Shown here piece by piece: positions 37,788 through 45,521 of a DNA stretch of 64,000 nucleotides. The notes under the pieces were generated by a model, which was given only the letters and a program-made list of their open reading frames with translations, was not told where the DNA came from and did not search any database. The translations under genes and the position numbers were made by a program. The stretch comes from an uncultured Lachnospiraceae bacterium (lineage in GTDB: Bacteria > Bacillota > Clostridia > Lachnospirales > Lachnospiraceae): contig CAJOMN010000013.1 in assembly GCA_905235745.1 (NCBI GenBank), positions 13,931 to 77,930 on the forward strand. The letters are read 5' to 3'. Each line of letters begins with the position of its first letter. Position 1 is the stretch's first letter.

Positions 37788-38115
37788 TCACCATTACTCT
37801 ATTTCCGTTATAATGGAGAAGATCCTCTATGCTGTAGTCTTCGGGATCATCCACATCATCACTGTTGCACAATAGCCAAGTATCGGCATTCTTAATGAAC
37901 CATGTTTGTTTTCTCAGGCCATTATAGATACGGCCAAACTTTCCGAAGTCAGAAGGAGCACCATTTCCTTTGTACTCCAAATTGCCATCAACTTTTTCAC
38001 TACTATATCCAAACTGTGAGAATATACGATCAAGTCCTGAATACACCCTTTCCAGTGTATATTCGTTGTCCTCAACAATCTTGTCGTCGTTCATTTTAAT
38101 TATCATTTTAATCAT
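37780..38115 (-). CDS. Small hypothetical protein (cassette gene A), no family assignment
   Basis: The track ORF begins at a TTG at 38160. The ATG at 38115 (MIKMIIKMNDDK...) is preferred because ACGAGGGCAATA precedes it. It is soluble and acidic (DDVDDPEDYSIEDLL), with no recognisable motif. Confidence 0.55.
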   Translation of the reverse strand: MIKMIIKMNDDKIVEDNEYTLERVYSGLDRIFSQFGYSSEKVDGNLEYKGNGAPSDFGKFGRIYNGLRKQTWFIKNADTWLLCNSDDVDDPEDYSIEDLLHYNGNRVMVNA

Positions 38116-38270
38116 TATTGCCCTCGTATCCGATTTCAGAATTGTATATTTTATCTTCAATCGACATAATTTAACCGAACCTCCCTAATGCCTTCCAAAT
38201 ATTTTACCGGATCATAATACAAATTTTCTAATATAGGGATAAGATCAATATAATCTTCTACTATTGTTTA

Positions 38271-38366
38271 TTATCTGTATCCATTCTTCTTCAGTTCATC
38301 AAACCAGGTTTCTATTTCCGAGTAACACTTTACCAACTGATTGATTTTTACCACCTTGTAGATCAT
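38271..38366 (-). pseudogene. 31-codon ORF coupled to the MNT gene by an ATGA overlap; possible remnant of the cognate HEPN toxin gene
   Basis: MIYKVVKINQLVKCYSEIETWFDELKKNGYR. It is below the track cutoff. Its ATG (38366-38364) overlaps the MNT stop (38365-38363), as in MNT-HEPN pairs. It is far too short for a HEPN domain and has no Rx4-6H motif. Confidence 0.3.
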
Positions 38367-38731
38367 TTGCGGGCATACAACTCTTCTCCTTCTCTAATGT
38401 CGTTTAATATTGGTGATTTATCCTTTACTCCTGATCGGAAATACAACATATCGTAACTCTGCCAGTAATTATCAAATGAATATATTTTATCAACGAATCT
38501 CTTATATTTCTTTGAAGTCAGGCATCTGCTCATGCATACATTACCAAACACTGCCAGATCGATGTCGGAATCCTCTTTGCATCTGGTTTCAATGCTGGAT
38601 CCAAATAAAACCACGCGATCGATATAATCACACTCCCTGGCTGCATCAACGATGTTCTCTATATATTTCTTCTTAATATCGGCAACCTTGATAGTGCGGT
38701 CACCTATCTTCATCTTGACAACTTTACACAT
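38363..38731 (-). CDS. Minimal nucleotidyltransferase (MNT-type, Pol-beta superfamily), TA-antitoxin-like
   Basis: VVLFGSSIETRCKEDSDIDLAVF gives the GS...DxD nucleotidyltransferase signature. 122 aa. Confidence 0.8.
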   Translation of the reverse strand: MCKVVKMKIGDRTIKVADIKKKYIENIVDAARECDYIDRVVLFGSSIETRCKEDSDIDLAVFGNVCMSRCLTSKKYKRFVDKIYSFDNYWQSYDMLYFRSGVKDKSPILNDIREGEELYARK

Positions 38732-38917
38732 TTGACAATCTCTTTACGCCAAAAACATACATAACCCCTGTCCTTGTCCGTAAGGATCTCCGGTGAATAT
38801 GTATGGTCGCATCCGTGCTTTATATGATTTTCGCTGTAAGGTTCATATAAACAGCCTTATCAATTCATATATCGTCATTTTCGACCGGATATATTAGGAT
38901 ATTAATATTTTTTTCGT

Positions 38918-38985
38918 GATTTTGCTTGATTTACATAAAATCACAAATATATTCTACTATATATCAGGCAAAAATCAAGCAAAAT
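38918..38985. repeat. 14-bp perfect inverted repeat (ATTTTGCTTGATTT / AAATCAAGCAAAAT) with a 39-bp spacer, overlapping a second inverted repeat GTGATTTT/AAAATCAC
   Basis: Read directly. The left arm lies within 38918-38932 and the right arm at 38972-38985. The competing pair is at 38916-38923 and 38937-38944. A possible minus-strand promoter TTGATT-N16-TAGAAT lies inside. Confidence 0.8.
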
Positions 38986-39002
38986 ATGCATATTTTGTGT
39001 TT

Positions 39003-39033
39003 CAAAAAAAGCCCGCCACAAAATGTGACGGGC
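39003..39033 (-). terminator. Rho-independent terminator of the heptad-repeat protein gene
   Basis: On the minus strand, GCCCGTCACA-TTT-TGTGGCGGGC (39033-39011) is followed by TTTTTTTG (39010-39003). Confidence 0.8.
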
Positions 39034-39069
39034 GCTATGCTCTGAAAAATCTGAAAATACTGCCTGGAT

Positions 39070-39498
39070 TTACTGAAAATGATTGGCAACAACTTTTTCA
39101 ACAGCCTCGAGACGTATTAGAACATCCGGAGTAATCCATTTTTCCTTTGCAAGAGATTCCATCCGGTCAAAGCGGCGGTCCTGCTCATTCATGCGTTTTA
39201 TGGATTCCAGATGAACTTCACCCATAGTATCGTATATAAGGACGGACTCTTTCTCAAGATTATCCAATCTTCGAATCATAGTCGCATGCTGCTTGTCGTT
39301 GGTATCCAGCCTCTGAATAATGGCCTCATGCTGCTTGTCATTGATATCCAGTCTCTGTTCAATCTGATCAAAGCGCTGATCCATCTGTTCGAATCGCTGA
39401 TCTACCTGTTCAAACCGATGCCCTATCTCTTCAAAACCCTGACGAACTTCTTGCGCAAATTCTTTGAATTCTTCTCTGAACTCACTGATTTCTGACAT
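39070..39498 (-). CDS. Heptad-repeat coiled-coil protein, function unknown
   Basis: A 142-aa ORF with the tandem 7-aa units HRFEQVD QRFEQMD QRFDQIE QRLDIND KQHEAII QRLDTND KQHATMI RRLDNLE. It has its own promoter and terminator. Confidence 0.65.
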   Translation of the reverse strand: MSEISEFREEFKEFAQEVRQGFEEIGHRFEQVDQRFEQMDQRFDQIEQRLDINDKQHEAIIQRLDTNDKQHATMIRRLDNLEKESVLIYDTMGEVHLESIKRMNEQDRRFDRMESLAKEKWITPDVLIRLEAVEKVVANHFQ

Positions 39499-39601
39499 CT
39501 CTTCACCTCCCTTCCCATAACAGAATTCAAATCACTGGAATATTATGGCGAAATGAAACGCCAGATATGTACTAAGACATGTTCCACTAATTTGTATTGA
39601 A

Positions 39602-39630
39602 ATGATACACTAACATAATATCATTGTCAA
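39602..39630 (-). promoter_or_regulatory. Sigma-A promoter (TTGACA-N17-TATCAT) of the heptad-repeat protein gene
   Basis: On the minus strand, TTGACA is at 39630-39625 and TATCAT at 39607-39602, about 95 nt upstream of the ATG. Confidence 0.6.
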
Positions 39631-39655
39631 CATCAAAAAAAGTTGCTATATTTTT

Positions 39656-40480
39656 CTATTTTACCCGTTTTGCCACAACAACGAATCTTTCCGCGTCTTT
39701 TTCGTAGTCGCATGTGGACAGCGTGATTATATCATCACCGTAGGCAGCGGTTATTCCGGTGTCGTACAATGATTTTTCCGCCATGTCGTGCATTGCGGAA
39801 TCCCACTCTTCCCCGGAATTGGCGTTTATGAACTGGTAATACTTGAAAGCGACCTCAACCTCATCATACACATTGTCGCCGAACACGTACATGACCTGAT
39901 ATTTTCCTTTGTTATAAAGGGTGTCAAAATAAATGTACGGATGCTCCTTCGCGAAGCTTTCCTGCTTGAACTTCTTGAGCTCCCCGAACATCTTGCCGCT
40001 CTTCATATTGTGCCCGTACATTATGATATTCTGGCTTCTCGGCCATATACTGCACTCGCTGTCAATGAAGATCGAACCGTTATTATCCTTCTCCTGATTA
40101 AAATTATGGTTCAGATAATACTCATTGCTCTGTGACTGCATGACCGGGTAGTCGATCTGCGTATCATCTATCCGGATCCAGCCCGCGAGACTCTTATTGT
40201 TATTATAGAGCGTCTTATAATCATCAAGAATATCCGGAGCATCTTCTTCCTTCGTCAGATGCACAACGAGCGTCTTATTATTGCTGCGGTTGTAATCGGT
40301 TCCCTTAAGATCCGACAGGTGCTCATAGTTGCTCTGTGTATCATCAGCCTGCTTCACGTAGAAGGCAAAATAGCCGAGGCACCCTACTCCTACTGCCAGA
40401 AATACATATGTGATGATCTTGCGTATCCTGATCGATCTCGGAAGGTCGCGGAAACTGATCTTCTTCTTCCGGCGTGCCAT
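39656..40480 (-). CDS. srtB: Class B sortase
   Basis: An N-terminal membrane anchor (IITYVFLAVGVGCLGYFAFYV), then YLNHNFNQEKDNNGSIFID, IIMYGHNM (catalytic His) and ITLSTCDY (the TLxTC catalytic Cys). The ATG at 40480 overlaps the upstream stop (TGATG) and is preceded by GGGAGG. Confidence 0.85.
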   Translation of the reverse strand: MARRKKKISFRDLPRSIRIRKIITYVFLAVGVGCLGYFAFYVKQADDTQSNYEHLSDLKGTDYNRSNNKTLVVHLTKEEDAPDILDDYKTLYNNNKSLAGWIRIDDTQIDYPVMQSQSNEYYLNHNFNQEKDNNGSIFIDSECSIWPRSQNIIMYGHNMKSGKMFGELKKFKQESFAKEHPYIYFDTLYNKGKYQVMYVFGDNVYDEVEVAFKYYQFINANSGEEWDSAMHDMAEKSLYDTGITAAYGDDIITLSTCDYEKDAERFVVVAKRVK

Positions 40481-41514
40481 CACGCTATACCTCCCATTCC
40501 CGCGATCTCATCTTCGTCATCCGGTTTCAGGAAGTACAGGCGGTACTGCATGATGCCGTCCTTCTGGCCTCTCTCGCATTTATCGCATAATATCACAAGC
40601 AGTTCGTTCATAACATTGCAGAATTCATCAAATATGATCTGATCGACATTCCCGAGCCTTGTATCGATGAGAAAATCAACCCTTATCGCTGACGGTCCTT
40701 CCTTGATCTCCAGCTTGGCACGGTATCGCTCCATATTGGTCGTAAAACCAAAGCTTATGAAATGGCATACGAAACCGATCAGCTCTCCGAGTTCTCCCTT
40801 ATGTACGCATTCGGCTCCCGTAATCTTAAAATGATGCTGTTTCTCGGTATCGTTGACATTATCCTCTATAAATCTGAAATACTCTTCCGGCTCGAACGAA
40901 CTTACGATGAACCTCTCGACATATTCATTGAGTTCATCCGAGAAGAACGAACTGATCCGGAAAGCGTATTCTTTGGGCAGATCGATGCACATGCTGTCTA
41001 TGCATGTCGCGTAGAGCTTTACTATATGCGAATAACATTCAATTCTGGAATTGAGGACCGATGACATCTCGTTCATCGAAGACTTGTAGAGCTTCTCCTT
41101 CTCGCGGTGTGTCCTGACCTGCTGACGAAGGTCTTCCTCGGCATTGTGGAATTTCACGGCGCGGTCAAACAGCTCAGACAGCATCTGAACCGAGAACCCG
41201 TCCCGCGGGATGATATACGACATTTCATATTCATTGAACAGATGTACTGCTGTTTCGGTATTATTCTCTTCATAAATGAATATGAACTTAACATTCGGAT
41301 TATCGTCTGCGATTATACCGGAAAGCTCCGCACCGTCCATGATACTCATGGAAAGAGTAAGCGCGCATACGGCAAGATCTCCGCATTTGGACATATCGAC
41401 CGCTTCCTGGCTCGAAGAGGCAAACATGAACTCATACCCGGACTTGTCGGAAAACCCGGTTCTTATACGCTCCAGCAGGGAATTATCTTCACTTACAAAC
41501 AGTCCCTTAAGCAA
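40480..41514 (-). CDS. Pseudo-receiver-domain protein with an unassigned C-terminal domain
   Basis: The N-terminal ~120 aa have a CheY-like layout, but the acidic pocket and phospho-acceptor are replaced (GLFVSEDN; DLAVCALTLSMSIMDG instead of DLxxxD...MDG). A coiled linker and a ~180-aa domain without recognisable motifs follow. TTG start with a GAGG RBS. Confidence 0.5.
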   Translation of the reverse strand: MLKGLFVSEDNSLLERIRTGFSDKSGYEFMFASSSQEAVDMSKCGDLAVCALTLSMSIMDGAELSGIIADDNPNVKFIFIYEENNTETAVHLFNEYEMSYIIPRDGFSVQMLSELFDRAVKFHNAEEDLRQQVRTHREKEKLYKSSMNEMSSVLNSRIECYSHIVKLYATCIDSMCIDLPKEYAFRISSFFSDELNEYVERFIVSSFEPEEYFRFIEDNVNDTEKQHHFKITGAECVHKGELGELIGFVCHFISFGFTTNMERYRAKLEIKEGPSAIRVDFLIDTRLGNVDQIIFDEFCNVMNELLVILCDKCERGQKDGIMQYRLYFLKPDDEDEIAGMGGIA

Positions 41515-41624
41515 TGGCTAACCTCACATGATATTATAGTAAACAAAATATAATACTCAGATACAATTGTACAATAGTTACACTAAAAATCAAGTGATTT
41601 AGCATATATTGCGGTATTAATAAA

Positions 41625-41649
41625 GGCCTGCCACAAAATGTGACAGGCC
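41625..41649 (-). terminator. Hairpin terminator after eno
   Basis: On the minus strand, GGCCTGTCACA-TTT-TGTGGCAGGCC is followed by TTTATTAAT (a weak T tract). It shares a 15-nt core with the terminator at 39011-39033. Confidence 0.6.
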
Positions 41650-41669
41650 CTGTATGGATCTACCGTATA

Positions 41670-42998
<1,329 letters not shown>

Positions 42999-43080
42999 TT
43001 AATTCACGCCATACCGCGTACTTGTACAAGTATATTCCAACGCATTTCCCATGTCAAGAACGGCGCGGCGTTCTTGTGCC

Positions 43081-45486
43081 TTATTTCATGACTATATTTA
43101 CTATCTTGCCGGGAACGTATATCTCCTTGATGATATTACCGGTAAGCTTATCGGCGACGGCTTCCCTGGCCTTTTGAATGGCGCCGTCTTTGCTCTCGTC
43201 CTTATCGATACTGATCGTCGCGCGAAGCTTGCCGTTTATCTGCACCGCTATCTCTATCGTCTGATCGACGGTCTTAGCCGGATCGTACTCGGGCCACGGT
43301 GCGCAGCTGACAAATCCCTCTTCTCCGATCTGCTCCCATAATTCCTCACAGATATGAGGCGCGAACGGTGATAAGAGCCTGATAAATACAGAAAGCTCAT
43401 CCCTTGTGATCGAACCGTTTGCGGCAACCTCATTCATAAATGACATCATTGCCGCGATAGCGGTATTGAACTTCATCTGTTCAATATCCTCGGATACCTT
43501 TTTGATCATCTTGTGCAGACTGTTCTCAAGCGATGTATCCTGCGGCTTTTTGTCTGCAAGATCGATAATCGTGGCAAACCGGTCGATGAACCGCTTGCAG
43601 CCCTTGACCCCGTTTTCGCTCCACGGTGTTGCCGCACCGTAATCTCCCATGAACAGGACATACATCTTTAGAGTGTCGGCTCCGTACTGCTTGACAATAT
43701 CCATAGGATCGACGACATTTCCTTTGCTCTTGCTCATCTTCTCGCCGTCGGGACCAAGTATCAGGCCCTGATACGAACGCTTTGCATAAGGCTCCGGAGT
43801 ATTGACGACTCCGATGTCATATAAGAACCTGTGCCAGAACCTTGAATATATAAGGTGGCGGGTAACATGCTCCATTCCCCCGTTGTACCAGTCAACCGGC
43901 ATCCAGTATTTAAGCTTATCTTCGTCGGCGAGCGCCTTGTCATTATTAGGGTCGCAAAACCTCAGGAAGTACCATGACGATCCTGCCCACTGCGGCATCG
44001 TGTCGGTCTCACGCTTTGCATTACCCCCGCATTTCGGGCATTTGCAGTTTACGAACGAATCAATCTTGGCAAGAGGCGAATTACCGTCCTCTCCGGGTTC
44101 AAAGTTCTTAACATCGGGAAGCCTCAGCGGCAGCTCTTCATACGGAACCGCGACGACTCCGCACTTGTCGCAGTGAATAAGGGGAATGGGCTCACCCCAG
44201 TACCTCTGCCTGTTAAACGCCCAGTCTTTCATCTTGTATTGAACGCCCTTTTTGCCGATGCCCTTCTCCTCGAGATATTCCAGCATCTTCGCTATGGAAT
44301 CCTTCTTGTTGGTAAGACCGTTCAGGAATCCCGAGTTGATCATGTTCCCGTCGCCGGTATATGCTTCTTCTTCGATATTGCCGCCTTCTATTACCGGAAC
44401 GATAGCGGCACCGAACTTCTTCGCGAACTCCCAGTCACGCTGGTCGTGGGCGGGAACTGCCATTATCGCGCCTGTTCCGTATCCCATCATGACATAGTCG
44501 GCAATGAATATTGGTATCTCGCGCTCATCAACTGGATTGATGGCACTTAATCCGTCAAGCCTCACACCGGTCTTATCCTTTACAAGCTGGGTACGCTCGA
44601 ACTCCGTCTTTTTGGCGCACTCCTCCCTGTATCTTACGACCTCGTCGTAATTACCGATCCTGTCACGGTACTTGTCTATAAGAGGATGCTCGGGAGCCAT
44701 GACCATAAACGTCACTCCGAACAGCGTGTCGCATCTTGTCGTATATATCTCAAGCTTCTCATCAACATCCTTGATCCGAAAATCAACAAATGCGCCTTCG
44801 CTCCTTCCGATCCAGTTGATCTCCTGCTGCTTGACATTTTCGGGAAAATCAACGGTATCAAGCCCTTCGAGAAGCTTGTCGGCATAATCGGTTATACGAA
44901 GATACCATACGCTCTTTTCCTTCTGTACAACATCGCTGTGGCAGACGTCACACTTACCTCCCTGGCTGTCTTCGTTGGACAGTACCACCTTGCAGTTCGG
45001 GCAGTAGTTGACAAGCGTATTGGCGCGGAATACCAGCCCCTTTTCAAACAGTTTCAGGAAGATCCACTGAGTCCATTTATAATAATCCGGATCGCTTGTG
45101 GCGATATTCCTGTCCCAGTCGAATGAAAATCCCACTGCCTTAAGCTGGTCGGTAAAATGTTCTATGTTCTGCTGCGTGATCACCGCAGGATGCGTCCCGG
45201 TCTTGATCGCGTAGTTTTCCGCGGGAAGCCCGAAGGAATCAAAGCCCATCGGGAACAGCACGTTATAGCCCTGCATGCGGCGCTTTCTTGATATGACATC
45301 GATGCTCGAATATGCCTTGATATGCCCTACATGCATACCGGCTCCCGACGGGTACGGAAATTCAACAAGCCCGTAGAACTTAGGTTTACTGCCGCCGTCC
45401 TTGGCCTTATATATCCCGGATTCCTCCCATCTTTGCTGCCATTTCTTCTCTACCTGTTCATGATCATACACTCTTGCCATTTTCAT
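43081..45486 (-). CDS. leuS: Leucyl-tRNA synthetase
   Basis: HIGH region (PYPSGAGMHVGH), the KMSKS motif (GEKMSKSKGN) and a CP1 editing domain. 801 aa. Confidence 0.96.
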   Translation of the reverse strand: MKMARVYDHEQVEKKWQQRWEESGIYKAKDGGSKPKFYGLVEFPYPSGAGMHVGHIKAYSSIDVISRKRRMQGYNVLFPMGFDSFGLPAENYAIKTGTHPAVITQQNIEHFTDQLKAVGFSFDWDRNIATSDPDYYKWTQWIFLKLFEKGLVFRANTLVNYCPNCKVVLSNEDSQGGKCDVCHSDVVQKEKSVWYLRITDYADKLLEGLDTVDFPENVKQQEINWIGRSEGAFVDFRIKDVDEKLEIYTTRCDTLFGVTFMVMAPEHPLIDKYRDRIGNYDEVVRYREECAKKTEFERTQLVKDKTGVRLDGLSAINPVDEREIPIFIADYVMMGYGTGAIMAVPAHDQRDWEFAKKFGAAIVPVIEGGNIEEEAYTGDGNMINSGFLNGLTNKKDSIAKMLEYLEEKGIGKKGVQYKMKDWAFNRQRYWGEPIPLIHCDKCGVVAVPYEELPLRLPDVKNFEPGEDGNSPLAKIDSFVNCKCPKCGGNAKRETDTMPQWAGSSWYFLRFCDPNNDKALADEDKLKYWMPVDWYNGGMEHVTRHLIYSRFWHRFLYDIGVVNTPEPYAKRSYQGLILGPDGEKMSKSKGNVVDPMDIVKQYGADTLKMYVLFMGDYGAATPWSENGVKGCKRFIDRFATIIDLADKKPQDTSLENSLHKMIKKVSEDIEQMKFNTAIAAMMSFMNEVAANGSITRDELSVFIRLLSPFAPHICEELWEQIGEEGFVSCAPWPEYDPAKTVDQTIEIAVQINGKLRATISIDKDESKDGAIQKAREAVADKLTGNIIKEIYVPGKIVNIVMK

Positions 45487-45521
45487 AATCTCCTGTCATA
45501 TAATAATCAATCCATATAGAC

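Noticed and set aside
38161-38200. 19-codon upstream ORF (MSIEDKIYNSEIGYEGNND) preceded by AGGGAGG
   Set aside because: The spacing between the RBS-like motif and the ATG is about 12 nt, and the ORF is out of frame with gene A. The evidence is insufficient.
38745-38880. About 45 open codons upstream of the MNT gene (minus strand: ...YEPYSENHIKHGCDHTYSPEILTDKDRGYVCFWRKEIVKCVKLSR*)
   Set aside because: There is no ATG, GTG or TTG start after the preceding stops. It could be a gene fragment, which would fit a decayed locus, but the sequence alone cannot support that.
38918-38985. The inverted repeats as an invertible promoter (inverton) controlling the surface-protein genes
   Set aside because: A 39-bp spacer is too short for recombinase-mediated inversion, and no invertase gene is adjacent. 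An operator or an RNA structure is more plausible.
38916-39134. 72-aa plus-strand ORF (GTG start) in the island
   Set aside because: It reads straight through the inverted-repeat region and a strong terminator hairpin and overlaps the 3' end of the heptad-repeat gene on the opposite strand.
43055-43076. Hairpin CAAGAACG-GCGCGG-CGTTCTTG between leuS and eno as a terminator
   Set aside because: There is no T tract on the transcribed (minus) strand. It may be a processing or pause element, but it cannot be called a terminator.
45487-45521. Expected T-box leader upstream of leuS
   Set aside because: Only 35 nt separate leuS from miaB, which leaves no room for a T-box. leuS appears to be co-transcribed with miaB.
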